The notes below the pieces were generated by a model. It searched no databases. It saw nothing but the letters and a program-made list of their open reading frames with translations, and was not told where the DNA came from. A program made the position numbers and the translations under genes. A DNA stretch of 57,657 bases from a virus (Duplodnaviria; Caudoviricetes): the IMG/VR virus record IMGVR_UViG_3300003332_000022, positions 1 through 57,657 of that record; one strand, 5' to 3'. Position 1 is the stretch's first letter. Each line of letters starts with the position of its first letter. Shown in pieces: positions 1 to 8,997 of the stretch.

Positions 1-973
1 TCGAGGTTTTAGCTACCAACATAAATTCTCTAATAAATAATATAGTATCTTTTTTTGATACCTTTTTATTGATTAGAGACAAGGCTGTTGATCTAATTTG
101 ATCGTGGAAGTTTTCAGCAGACATAATCTTTCTAATAGAAGCAGATATATCAAAATCTTTGCTTATGCTTCCATTATTCAAATTTACAAGATTCCCTTTA
201 TTTTCGTCACCTTTAGTAGTAATTGATTCTATGTCTGAAGGTTCCCAGTCAAGCAAGCTATTTCCCCTGTCTACATATCCTATAAATTCATTAGGATCTA
301 TAGGATCTATCCCACTTTCGATCACCCTTTTAGCGGTGTATACAGGTTGAACCGCTCTGTATATAGAGTAATCTACCAGGTTTTCACTGTTAGCTTTATT
401 CCAGGACTGAGCCCAGGACATCAGACTAACATTAGAGATAGGATTCTTTGGAGTAAAAAATAAATGGGCTTTTAGCTTTTTTGAGGTTAAGCCGAAAGAA
501 GCTGAAAATTGATATGTATAATCTGCTTGTGAAAACTCTATGGGCAGTTTATTTTCAATAAAACTTTCTATTGATTGTTTGCCGACTTTTACAAGATTAC
601 CCTCAGATTCTCGTTCATAGTTCATCATTAGAGGATAATCATCTATATCTATAGCAAACAAATCTACCATTCTATTTTCTATAGTTGGAGGCAATCCATC
701 TGGATGATCTTTCCTAGATCTTCTTAACATGTTAGACTTATCGATGTCTGGAAGAAACCCACCATGTATCATAAATACTTTTTTATTGGTTACAGTTTTT
801 AAAATTTCACTGAACTCTTTTAAATTTTCAACTTTTTGGGTTATTCCTCTAAAGTGCTTCATTAATGGATAGTCTTTTGATTTTACCCATTTCTCTGACT
901 CTTCATCATAATTAAAAGTCTTTGTTGGAAGATCTTTAATTAATGGCATTAAAAAGTTCACTTTAATCGACAT
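1..973 (-). CDS. Primase-helicase, N-terminal (AEP/primase-polymerase-like) part; runs off the window start
   Basis: Not in the ORF track because there is no stop in the window. ATG at 973 opens MSIKVNFLMP...; has the DxD motif (FAIDIDD) and the KAHLFF motif typical of AEP primases; reads open to base 2 (...MLVAKTS). Confidence 0.75.
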   Translation of the reverse strand, partial: MSIKVNFLMPLIKDLPTKTFNYDEESEKWVKSKDYPLMKHFRGITQKVENLKEFSEILKTVTNKKVFMIHGGFLPDIDKSNMLRRSRKDHPDGLPPTIENRMVDLFAIDIDDYPLMMNYERESEGNLVKVGKQSIESFIENKLPIEFSQADYTYQFSASFGLTSKKLKAHLFFTPKNPISNVSLMSWAQSWNKANSENLVDYSIYRAVQPVYTAKRVIESGIDPIDPNEFIGYVDRGNSLLDWEPSDIESITTKGDENKGNLVNLNNGSISKDFDISASIRKIMSAENFHDQIRSTALSLINKKVSKKDTILFIREFMLVAKTS

Positions 974-991
974 CTTATTCCTGTTGTGAAA

Positions 992-1252
992 TTAATTAAA
1001 AAATCCTTCTTGATTGATCTTTTTCTTTTTACTAAAACCTTTGAACCTTTCTTCCCTTTTCTCCCCATTATCCCATTCAGTTGGATACCCTGTTACCTCT
1101 GTATTGCCATCTATAGAAAGTAATTTTATTGTTCCTCCATTCTTAAAATACTCATCTAAAAATGGCTTAATATCTTTGTGACTAGGATTAAACTTTGGCA
1201 ACTTTAGTTTTCTATCTGATACAGTAGATGGACTTGGATCAGGTCTTCTCAT
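992..1252 (-). CDS. Small protein with a SutA-like RNA-polymerase-binding motif
   Basis: DIKPFLDEYFKNGGTIKLL resembles the EEFLxxGGxI motif of SutA-type proteins; paralog at 53657..53833. Confidence 0.45.
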   Translation of the reverse strand: MRRPDPSPSTVSDRKLKLPKFNPSHKDIKPFLDEYFKNGGTIKLLSIDGNTEVTGYPTEWDNGEKREERFKGFSKKKKINQEGFFN

Positions 1253-1839
1253 TATAGCCTATGCTCCTTTTCGCCAAGGTGGCCTATTTGCTTAGACAGT
1301 TTTAAATCACAATAAACTTCATATCCGAATGTTCTTATATCTGCGCAAAAAGATAAATCTTCACCCCAGGTAGATTCTCCATCTTCGCTATAATCTATAT
1401 AAAAATAAGGCAAAGATAATTTATCAAATACTTCCATGTTTATTAAAGTAAATGCCATACCGATTCCTTCCACTTCTGTAACATTTCCAGCTATAGCATC
1501 CATTCTTGCCCCAACTATATTCTTTTCAATAACTGGGCCAGTCCCATCTTTCTTAGCGGCATTACATCCGATTATATCTTTGTCGTGATCAAGTAATCTT
1601 ATTAAAGCATCAGGTGGAAACCTCATATCTGAATCTATAAATAAGATATGGGTAAACCCTTTTTCCAAAGCATACTTAATACAATTATCTCTGGACAAAG
1701 GGAGCAAAGCCCCTTGAACATTAACATAACCTAATTGATATCTGGTACAAGTTGTTGCCACTAACTGAACTAAATCAGTAACGACATTAGCCCAGATATG
1801 GGTAGTAGAGGGTATAGCTATCAAAATTTTTTTGTTCAT
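1252..1839 (-). CDS. GT-A fold (family 2-like) glycosyltransferase
   Basis: ILIAIP start, HILFIDSDMRFP (DxD), GIGMAFTLI and GEDLSFC motifs. Confidence 0.8.
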   Translation of the reverse strand: MNKKILIAIPSTTHIWANVVTDLVQLVATTCTRYQLGYVNVQGALLPLSRDNCIKYALEKGFTHILFIDSDMRFPPDALIRLLDHDKDIIGCNAAKKDGTGPVIEKNIVGARMDAIAGNVTEVEGIGMAFTLINMEVFDKLSLPYFYIDYSEDGESTWGEDLSFCADIRTFGYEVYCDLKLSKQIGHLGEKEHRL

Positions 1840-2339
1840 GTTAATCCTTGAGAAGTTAAAAAATTAAGAATCCGCTTATTATATTCTTTTGCCAAAAATA
1901 TTCCTTCCCTTATTGACATATTATTCCTTTTAAATAAGGACTCGGCAACCTGTAATGGCTCCCTAAAGTTACAAATATAATGAGGATTGATTAAATAAGG
2001 AAGGTATAAATCTATTGTTAAGACTGTTCTTGGATCTTTCCAACCCCAGAGAATGCCTCTATCATTCTTGTATTCAACAAGATTCTTAATTTCTTGCTTA
2101 AGTTCCTCCCCAACAGAAAGTATTCTTGATGGATGAGGAGGATTATACCAAGTTCCACCTGCCTCTTTTAAGATCTTTTCATTCATATAATAGAAATCAA
2201 GATCTTCCCAGTTACCATTAGGTTGGTCACTAACAGGTCTATATCCAGATCCCATATCTATTATATGAGACAAAGCACCAGCTGTCAAACTAGTAGCGGA
2301 TCTGTGCATCCCCAATACTACAAATGTTTTAATCTTCAT
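1836..2339 (-). CDS. Sulfotransferase family protein
   Basis: VLGMHRSATS PAPS-binding loop, WGWKDPRT, REPLQVAESL; start moved to MKIKTF (ATG 2339), overlapping the cysC stop. Confidence 0.8.
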   Translation of the reverse strand: MKIKTFVVLGMHRSATSLTAGALSHIIDMGSGYRPVSDQPNGNWEDLDFYYMNEKILKEAGGTWYNPPHPSRILSVGEELKQEIKNLVEYKNDRGILWGWKDPRTVLTIDLYLPYLINPHYICNFREPLQVAESLFKRNNMSIREGIFLAKEYNKRILNFLTSQGLT

Positions 2340-2658
2340 ATTTTGTACCAGGCCAAAGTTTGCCAAAGGGCATTTGGATTTCAATGCAACCCTTTTCAAA
2401 TCCTTTCTGCAAAAAACCTCTATAGCTTTTATTGGGGCTAACACAGGCAATTACTACATTAAAACCTTGTTTATCTAATAAAATTGCTAAGTCTACCAAT
2501 CTCTTTTGATTTCTTTGTCTACCATCAACTTTAAAAGTATCTGGGAATATTTTCCTAATATCATCCCCATCTAAAACAATCCCATTAATCTGTTTGGCTA
2601 TTTTATAAGCCAGGGTTGTTTTACCTGAATTTGGCTTACCTGTTATCCAATAAATCAA
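2329..2658 (-). CDS. cysC: Adenylyl-sulfate (APS) kinase, compact form
   Basis: WITGKPNSGKTT P-loop, LDGDDIR and VIACVSP, all typical of CysC; only 109 aa. Confidence 0.8.
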   Translation of the reverse strand: MIYWITGKPNSGKTTLAYKIAKQINGIVLDGDDIRKIFPDTFKVDGRQRNQKRLVDLAILLDKQGFNVVIACVSPNKSYRGFLQKGFEKGCIEIQMPFGKLWPGTKYED

Positions 2659-3200
2659 TCTAACCTCCTTATATTATTATACTTTAGCTGATTAGTAAAC
2701 CACTTTTTATTATCTTCTTGGTTATGCGCAGGGTGATCAAACTTCCCATCTATAAAATAATAATCATTTTTAGATTCATAAAAGTCAAAACCAGCAACAT
2801 ATATCTCTGTAAATCTTTCTTGACACAGACAAGCCATAATCATTAACATACCCATATTCGGTGCAGAATTAAATTTGCCAAAAATAGTTTTTATATTTGA
2901 ACTAGGCAATACATAATCTGGATCTCTTTTAAATTTATTTATAGCTAATAGAATAAAATTTGGATGTACCAGCCATAACTCTTTAGATTTTGAGGCATAC
3001 TTAGCCACGTCATACATAGGTTCACACCTATCGTGCTTAAGCCTATGAGTAGGATTAGGCCAGCTAGACCAGGCATCGCAGAAAGGAAATTCAGTAGTAG
3101 AAATAAAACCATTCATTCTAATCACAAAATAATCTGTGAAATTTTTGCCTTTTGTTTCTTCAATAAAACACAGAGCATTACCACAAACTAGTGCTTTCAA
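2655..3200 (-). CDS. Sialyltransferase-like (GT29/WaaZ-like) glycosyltransferase
   Basis: VCGNA...VIRMN (sialylmotif-L-like), PNMGMLMI...IYVAGFDFY (motif-S-like), H-x-x-H-x4-N; TTG start at 3200 follows a GGAGG SD. Confidence 0.65.
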   Translation of the reverse strand: MKALVCGNALCFIEETKGKNFTDYFVIRMNGFISTTEFPFCDAWSSWPNPTHRLKHDRCEPMYDVAKYASKSKELWLVHPNFILLAINKFKRDPDYVLPSSNIKTIFGKFNSAPNMGMLMIMACLCQERFTEIYVAGFDFYESKNDYYFIDGKFDHPAHNQEDNKKWFTNQLKYNNIRRLD

Positions 3201-3345
3201 TTTTACCTCCATTTGTTTCCCATTGGAATCCACAGTCTTTACAAATATAGAATGAGAAGTCCATTACTGTACTTCTATAAAATTTTTTATGAAAGCATGT
3301 TTCTTTTTTTGATTCATTTCGTTCTTTTTTCTCAGCTTTAGTCAT
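3178..3345 (-). CDS. Small putative zinc-binding protein (55 aa)
   Basis: MTKAEKK...CFH...CKDCGFQW; fills the gap between flanking genes with overlapping start and stop; below the ORF-track cutoff. Confidence 0.5.
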   Translation of the reverse strand: MTKAEKKERNESKKETCFHKKFYRSTVMDFSFYICKDCGFQWETNGGKIESTSLW

Positions 3346-3931
3346 AATAACCAAACTCCTTCATAATGTTATAAACTTCCCTTGGAAACTCTTTATGTGG
3401 CTTAGTCTTCCAAGCGCTACACCTAACAGGCTTATAGTTATGTCCAGTTATATCGAGAACAGGATCTAATTCAAGATAACCTGATATCCAATTTATATAC
3501 CCTGGAACATTTTCAACTATATCTTCATACCAGATAAAAAGGCAATCTAGTTCTTTATTAATAAGCCCACCCATCAACTCTATATACATTTCAACAGGAT
3601 CTTCCTTAATTAACTTCCAATATTTTGACCTAAAAATGTCTCTAGGATCTCGAAGGCAAAAAATTATCTTATCAGTATTATTCCTCAATGTACCCCAGCG
3701 CTCTAAGTATGGTCGAGTAGTTTTATCGCCCGTATATATAGGATCTTTTTTAACCATCGATAAAGCGTTGTTTCTAGCTTCCCATTTACGTCTTTTATTA
3801 GGATTTCGACTAATGAAACTCCGCTTCTCATAAGTGATACTTATTCTAGGATCAATATTTAATAGGTCAGTTAGGGCAGTTGTTCCACTTCGACTGAATC
3901 CAGTTATTGCTAGTTTCTTCATTATACCCAC
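3338..3931 (-). CDS. Sulfotransferase family protein (second)
   Basis: ITGFSRSGTT, GDKT, LRDPRD and YEDIVEN motifs. Confidence 0.8.
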   Translation of the reverse strand: MGIMKKLAITGFSRSGTTALTDLLNIDPRISITYEKRSFISRNPNKRRKWEARNNALSMVKKDPIYTGDKTTRPYLERWGTLRNNTDKIIFCLRDPRDIFRSKYWKLIKEDPVEMYIELMGGLINKELDCLFIWYEDIVENVPGYINWISGYLELDPVLDITGHNYKPVRCSAWKTKPHKEFPREVYNIMKEFGYYD

Positions 3932-4500
3932 CCATTTCTTTTGCGTTTATAATATAAGGATCTATCTGAATTAAATACTTCTTTTGAATACACTCTTTTG
4001 TAATCTTTGTCTGGTTCAACATTGGTATCTAATAGCGGATGGTTGTGCAGGACTATGGATGATGGAGAGTAATAGAATTTATTTTGTTCTATGGCTCTAT
4101 CCATTAATTCTCTATCGCAGAAGCAGTGTTGATAGCCTGTATGGAAAAATTCTCCACCTAAAGAATCTAGCATATCTCTTGAAGCAAGCCAGTGAGTTGG
4201 AAGAGTCCTTCCAGTCTTATCATTTAGGCCAACTAAGCCTGATTCATTTGTAAAATAATACACATCTATAAAAGCATTTAATAGGAAGTCTTTTTGAGGA
4301 TCTGTATCATCTCCTATAAAACAAATATAGTCACCTTTGGATTTATCAACTAATTTCTTTAACATCTTAGGACAACCAATTCTATCTTTATCCTCTTCAG
4401 CTAATATTTCAATATCTGCTATTCCTGAATTTTTCCTTATTTTATTAATCAAGCTAAGCATATTTTGAGGTCTGATAAAAGGTATACAGATTGATATCAT
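3922..4500 (-). CDS. GT-A fold (family 2-like) glycosyltransferase (second)
   Basis: ISICIP.RP start, FIGDD, HCFCDREL, HNHP. Confidence 0.75.
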   Translation of the reverse strand: MISICIPFIRPQNMLSLINKIRKNSGIADIEILAEEDKDRIGCPKMLKKLVDKSKGDYICFIGDDTDPQKDFLLNAFIDVYYFTNESGLVGLNDKTGRTLPTHWLASRDMLDSLGGEFFHTGYQHCFCDRELMDRAIEQNKFYYSPSSIVLHNHPLLDTNVEPDKDYKRVYSKEVFNSDRSLYYKRKRNGWV

Positions 4501-4799
4501 TTATTTTCCTTTAGTTGGTCTTGTGCAAAATCCCAGACCTCACAGAAAGCATTATATTTTATATATCCAAAATCGAGATCGCCATTCGCGTGCAGTTTCC
4601 AAGCTTCTTCTCTTGTTATTGGTTTAGAATTAATCTCTTTAAGCCAGCCTATTGGGATTGATGTAAATTTTATTTCTGCAAAATTATTTACAGTAATTGA
4701 CTCATTTGCCGATATTTCATCTTTAAAACCAAAAAGCATATTTGCTAAAAGCGCATCTTCTTTGTTTATCATTTCTGGAATAATTATCTTATATTTCAT
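4497..4799 (-). CDS. Hypothetical protein
   Basis: ORF with SD; ATG 4799 overlaps the upstream stop. Confidence 0.55.
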   Translation of the reverse strand: MKYKIIIPEMINKEDALLANMLFGFKDEISANESITVNNFAEIKFTSIPIGWLKEINSKPITREEAWKLHANGDLDFGYIKYNAFCEVWDFAQDQLKENK

Positions 4800-5050
4800 C
4801 TCAAATCCTCCCTTATCCAATCAGCAAAAGATTTATTATCAGGGCACCAAGCCTTGATATATTTTTCTTCTTTATATTCTTTAATAGTTTTAATCATCTT
4901 AGTAACACAATCTGGACAGACAGCGTTTGATCCAAATAAGAACCCACCGCTAATATTAGAATTGGTATAGTCCTTATTACATAAATCGCAAAGAACAGAG
5001 TCTCCACAATCTATGGTGATTACCTCAAAGTCTTTAAATGGATCTGTCAT
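4796..5050 (-). CDS. Small zinc-finger protein
   Basis: CDLC...CPDC pair. Confidence 0.6.
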   Translation of the reverse strand: MTDPFKDFEVITIDCGDSVLCDLCNKDYTNSNISGGFLFGSNAVCPDCVTKMIKTIKEYKEEKYIKAWCPDNKSFADWIREDLR

Positions 5051-5352
5051 GTATTCTCCTTTTCTAATATTAATTTCAAATCATCAGCTTCAAGGCTTTC
5101 AAAAGTCCCAATAACATCTTTTAGCGCAGCTTCAAGCTTAGCAATCCTTAAATCTTTTGGATCAATTTCCTCTTCAACTTCTAAATAATAATCCGCTTTT
5201 GCTTGATACCATCCATCTTTATAATTAGAGAAGTATGATTGAAAGTTAAAAGTATTTTCTTTGAATGGATGACAATCTTTAGGATTAAGATCATTACGGA
5301 AATCTTCCCTGCCCATCTTTCTTAGTTTGGATGGGGTGTAGTTATTAGCCAT
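5047..5352 (-). CDS. Hypothetical protein
   Basis: Translationally coupled ORF in the minus-strand run. Confidence 0.6.
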   Translation of the reverse strand: MANNYTPSKLRKMGREDFRNDLNPKDCHPFKENTFNFQSYFSNYKDGWYQAKADYYLEVEEEIDPKDLRIAKLEAALKDVIGTFESLEADDLKLILEKENT

Positions 5353-5582
5353 TATAAATCCTTTTTGGTTTTAACATCAGAAACTAAACTAAGCGGTTTA
5401 ATCATCTTTGGATCATATCCTTTTTCTTTTAGAATATTTTTCCCAGTTTGCTCGTACATCCTTAATCCACCATTCCCTTTTTGGTATCCTATCTCTGCTC
5501 CATCTATATATACTGTTACAGAATGTTCAGAATTACCTGAATAATCAGAGAACCAACGTTTTCCGTGAAATACTATTTGCAT
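5352..5582 (-). CDS. Hypothetical protein
   Basis: ORF with AAGGA SD, coupled to the next gene. Confidence 0.6.
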   Translation of the reverse strand: MQIVFHGKRWFSDYSGNSEHSVTVYIDGAEIGYQKGNGGLRMYEQTGKNILKEKGYDPKMIKPLSLVSDVKTKKDL

Positions 5583-5596
5583 TTATATCCTTTTGT

Positions 5597-5803
5597 TTAT
5601 CTTCCTAGTTCCTGTAGCTCTCGTGATATTCCCCAGAGTTGATCAGCCTTTTCTTGAAATGAAGATTCATCATAAGCTAATGCCATATTTTTAAATAATC
5701 TTTCTTTGTTTTTAAACTTCATTGAAATAATTTCTGCTTTCAGAGCCTCGATTTGTGCAATTAAAGAATAAATTATAGCGAGTGTAGCTGTATCAAATGT
5801 CAT
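5597..5803 (-). CDS. Hypothetical protein
   Basis: ORF with GAGGAG SD. Confidence 0.55.
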   Translation of the reverse strand: MTFDTATLAIIYSLIAQIEALKAEIISMKFKNKERLFKNMALAYDESSFQEKADQLWGISRELQELGR

Positions 5804-5917
5804 TACATCTCCTCAAAAAACATTCTAATAAATAGACATGTAGAATAAATCTCGCTTCTTGAATAGAAGTTCCATTGGTCGCAATATGGAGGATTGTATC
5901 TACATATAGGTTTGAAT

Positions 5918-6331
5918 TCATTTATCGCCACCTCGAACGCAACGGACATACATGTTACCTGTCTTATAGTTATGGTTCACAACGCCGTTGTAGAAGTACA
6001 CATACCATGCGTAGCTAGTATAGCTAGCGTAGGTAGTAGACGACCAATAGTACGAAGAAACACATTTAAGACTATTAGTTTTACAACAATGATCATATTT
6101 TGAATGATCAACTAAGGTCAACAATTCTGTTATTGTTGGCAATCTCCATCCCTCACCTAAAGAGGTGGCGTATTCTATAGCATCATTCCAGGTCATCTTT
6201 GGTTTTGTTACTACTTCCCACTCTAAATTAGTTTCAAGATCAACCCATGTTTTCTTTTTAATTGTCCCAGATAATCTTCGTTGTAACTCGTCATACATTT
6301 CTTTAGTTGAATAATCTTTAAGTGTTGTCAT
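5918..6331 (-). CDS. Lcl C-terminal/DUF1566 (C-type-lectin-like) protein; DGR-target-like
   Basis: DLETNLEWE, TWNDAIEYA, GWRLPTITEL, YYWSST...AWYVYF..G...VRCVRGG, the DUF1566 pattern. Confidence 0.85.
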   Translation of the reverse strand: MTTLKDYSTKEMYDELQRRLSGTIKKKTWVDLETNLEWEVVTKPKMTWNDAIEYATSLGEGWRLPTITELLTLVDHSKYDHCCKTNSLKCVSSYYWSSTTYASYTSYAWYVYFYNGVVNHNYKTGNMYVRCVRGGDK

Positions 6332-6699
6332 AATTTTAAATTCTCTGGTTTAATATAATCATTTTCAATAAGCCAGATCAATGCTTCACATCTCGCTTGA
6401 GCTTCTGTGAATTTATAATTAAATGTTTTTAATTCTTTTAAATGGTTACCTTTTGTTAGTTGCCAGTAACCTACAGAGTTGATCCAAACTTTGTAACCTT
6501 TTAATAATACCCCGAGTTCTGCAACATCGGGAGCAGGATAAAATGCTGGAAATTCTTTATGGCATCCATTATAAACTTTATTTAAATACCACTCCTTATG
6601 TGTATTCTCTGTCCAATGGTACTCAGTTTTTAAAACAATATCTAATTCAACAAGTTTTTTAGCTTGCTCAAGTGTACAAACTTTATCTTCTTGTTTCAT
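6328..6699 (-). CDS. Hypothetical phage protein
   Basis: MKQEDKVCTLEQAKKL...PAPDVAELG pattern seen in phage early genes; start at ATG 6699 after a GGAG SD. Confidence 0.6.
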   Translation of the reverse strand: MKQEDKVCTLEQAKKLVELDIVLKTEYHWTENTHKEWYLNKVYNGCHKEFPAFYPAPDVAELGVLLKGYKVWINSVGYWQLTKGNHLKELKTFNYKFTEAQARCEALIWLIENDYIKPENLKL

Positions 6700-6700
6700 G

Positions 6701-7015
6701 TTATCTCCAACTATCTCTAATAAAAGCAATATATTTTAAAGTTTCCGCTTTAGTAGGAATAGCCCTTAACCTATCATAGGCAGAATCAGGATTATAACAA
6801 GCATCGTTGTTAATAGGACATTGCTCACAGGAAAGTTCATTATCTACCATCCACTCACAAGCGGGAAAATCTATCTCTGAAGTATTAAAGACATCTTTTA
6901 ATAATACATCGAAGTCCTCTTGAAAGTACATCATATTAAATAAACCGTCTGATCTTAAAGATACATTATCATATAGCTTTTGCCAAAATTCGATATGTGC
7001 GGTTTGGTAGTTCAC
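6701..7015 (-). CDS. Hypothetical Cys-containing protein
   Basis: GGAGG SD, GTG start, ACE...CEQCP...C. Confidence 0.6.
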   Translation of the reverse strand: MNYQTAHIEFWQKLYDNVSLRSDGLFNMMYFQEDFDVLLKDVFNTSEIDFPACEWMVDNELSCEQCPINNDACYNPDSAYDRLRAIPTKAETLKYIAFIRDSWR

Positions 7016-7044
7016 TTTTACCTCCTTTAATATTATATAATAAG

Positions 7045-7073
7045 ACTATATAGGTTTAAAAGTAATCCGTAAA
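7045..7073 (-). promoter_or_regulatory. Sigma70-type promoter TTTACG-17-TATAGT
   Basis: Exact 17-nt spacing; lies upstream of the 7015 gene run. Confidence 0.55.
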
Positions 7074-7090
7074 GGATAAAATAGATGTAT

Positions 7091-7213
7091 TTAATCTTTA
7101 GCCATATAACTGCTTACTTCAATATTATCAAACCTATCCAGCTCTTTTTTACAAGATCTTGTTATCCAGCAGATAGAGAAAATAAGGAATGCTATTATAA
7201 TTAGTTGTTTCAT
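7091..7213 (-). CDS. Small membrane peptide (40 aa)
   Basis: MKQLIIIAFLIFSICWITRSCKK; AAGGA SD. Confidence 0.45.
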   Translation of the reverse strand: MKQLIIIAFLIFSICWITRSCKKELDRFDNIEVSSYMAKD

Positions 7214-7221
7214 TTTATCCT

Positions 7222-7461
7222 TTATATAGGGGTTAATTTGTATTTTTCAGAATTGTTTAGTAAATACTTATCCCCTTTATATAGCATTTTTATATTGCCA
7301 TTGTCTGGTATTTTAACATAGTCTGATGCTTGTAAAAAATTCAAAGCCTCTATATTTTCACTACCAAATTTGTTTACAAAATTATTAAAATTTGCCGAAT
7401 TAGGATCATCTTTTATAAACTCCAATATATCTAAATCTATTTGGTTTAATTTTTTGGCCAT
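7222..7461 (-). CDS. Hypothetical protein (possible winged helix)
   Basis: LNQIDLDILEFI...ALNFLQASDYVKI; start placed after the stop of the upstream gene. Confidence 0.5.
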   Translation of the reverse strand: MAKKLNQIDLDILEFIKDDPNSANFNNFVNKFGSENIEALNFLQASDYVKIPDNGNIKMLYKGDKYLLNNSEKYKLTPI

Positions 7462-7468
7462 TTTTGTC

Positions 7469-8008
7469 TCATTCAAATCTAGGTTTTTTTGGTACATATC
7501 CTTCTTTGCGATATTCAGAATTTCCACTCAAAGCTGCCGCCCTGTTAGTTGCTACTAAATTAATCCATGCTTTGTATCTACGTTCCGCTTCTATTTTTGC
7601 CTTCTCGAATAATTCATACACGCCAATTTCTATCTCTATATTTTGACTAGCGGCAACTTTTAATAATAATGCATCCTCTTTACTTGGGATATATAATATA
7701 TGACTATTAACTCTGTAACATCCTTTTTCTGGTTCGAAAATTATATCAAAGAATGTAGTATCCTTTATGGAAGCTGAAGCTGAAATAACTTCATCTTCTT
7801 TATCATTAGGATATTGTTTGGCCACCACAATCCAAGTTAGCCCATTAAAGTAGCACTTCTTTAATTGAAAAGGTTTAGGTTTTATAGTATAGGTTACCAA
7901 TTTAGGCTTAACCTCTTCAAATGAAGGTTGTTTGTTTATCTCTTCTGGGCTTTCTCCTTCTTTGAATTCTTCTTCATTAAAATCATCATTAAATTCTTTG
8001 TTTACCAT
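7469..8008 (-). CDS. Hypothetical protein with acidic N-terminus
   Basis: AGGAG SD and own promoter at 8062-8090. Confidence 0.65.
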   Translation of the reverse strand: MVNKEFNDDFNEEEFKEGESPEEINKQPSFEEVKPKLVTYTIKPKPFQLKKCYFNGLTWIVVAKQYPNDKEDEVISASASIKDTTFFDIIFEPEKGCYRVNSHILYIPSKEDALLLKVAASQNIEIEIGVYELFEKAKIEAERRYKAWINLVATNRAAALSGNSEYRKEGYVPKKPRFE

Positions 8009-8061
8009 TTTATCTCCTTGTTTAATTAGGTTTGATTTATATTAATTTACTCGTTATATTT

Positions 8062-8090
8062 ATAATAATCTAAACCTATTGAAAAGTAAA
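8062..8090 (-). promoter_or_regulatory. Sigma70-type promoter TTTACT-17-TATTAT
   Basis: Member of the recurring CCTTTACTTTTC promoter family. Confidence 0.65.
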
Positions 8091-8381
8091 GGTTAATTTT
8101 TAGTTATTTTCTTTGTACTCATAGGACCAGTATTGGATAGGTAAAGTTAAAAATAAACTTTACACTGAGTTTGAAACATATTGTAGGTTCGAGGGGTTTT
8201 TTACTTTAAATTACTTAGCTATAGTATTTTTTTTGTCGTCTTTTAGATTATATTAAGGTTATTCTATAAAACGATATATAATTCAGTATAGCTAAAGAAG
8301 TGCTAGGAAATCGGGTTTAAACCTACAAATCAATACAACTACATTGTAAAGATTAATGATATTAGGTGCTTATATAAGGAC

Positions 8382-8410
8382 TTTACTTTTCAAAGGATTT
8401 TTATTATAAT
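8382..8410 (+). promoter_or_regulatory. Sigma70-type promoter TTTACT-17-TATAAT for terS
   Basis: Perfect -10 box, 17-nt spacer, 60 nt upstream of the terS ATG. Confidence 0.65.
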
Positions 8411-8470
8411 AGAGACATTATTTGACCACCCGAACTTGAACTTTTTACTAACCATAACCAATAAACTAAA

Positions 8471-8989
8471 ATGACTGCTATACCTGTTGTAGAGGAAAAA
8501 CCTATCAATCCAAGTAAACCATATACTGTGATGCCAAATGGAGGGATAAGATTCTATACAACCAAGTATCGTACTGAAATGGATCAGATTGCTTATGATG
8601 CTGTCGCTCAAGAAGATGGAACATTAACCCATGCTTGCTATGCTTTGGGAATTGCTAAATCAACCTTGCTAAAATGGATGGGAAGATATCCTAGTTTCTT
8701 TGAAGCAATTTCAAGAGGGAAAGAAGTTGGGGAATATTTGTTTAGACAAAAAGTTAAGGAAGTGGCTTTCCAACCAACTAGTGGAGTCAATAATACTCTT
8801 ATTAAGATGATTGCTCGGAATGTCCATGGTATTGATATTGAAAGTGAAGTTAGCATCAACATTAACGTTGGTAATAAGAAGGAATTGGCAAATGAAGATT
8901 GTAGGCTTTATCAGGAGGAAATGGAGAATATAATTGAAGGTGATTATGAGGAAGTTGCTCAGATTGAGCATAATGATGAAGACCAATGA
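8471..8989 (+). CDS. terS: Terminase small subunit
   Basis: TKYR...HTH (ACYALGIAKSTLLKW)...YPSFFEAISRGK, typical of terS; first plus-strand gene before the packaging module. Confidence 0.75.
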   Translation: MTAIPVVEEKPINPSKPYTVMPNGGIRFYTTKYRTEMDQIAYDAVAQEDGTLTHACYALGIAKSTLLKWMGRYPSFFEAISRGKEVGEYLFRQKVKEVAFQPTSGVNNTLIKMIARNVHGIDIESEVSININVGNKKELANEDCRLYQEEMENIIEGDYEEVAQIEHNDEDQ

Positions 8990-8997
8990 TTAGGACA

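Noticed and set aside
5803-5921. Small gene between the DUF1566 gene and ORF 5803, possibly with another 1-nt deletion (MKFKPICRYNPPYC...)
   Set aside because: Two short frames are equally plausible; it cannot be called without reads or homologs.
5894-6103. Plus-strand 69-aa ORF
   Set aside because: Antisense shadow of the DUF1566 variable region; no SD.
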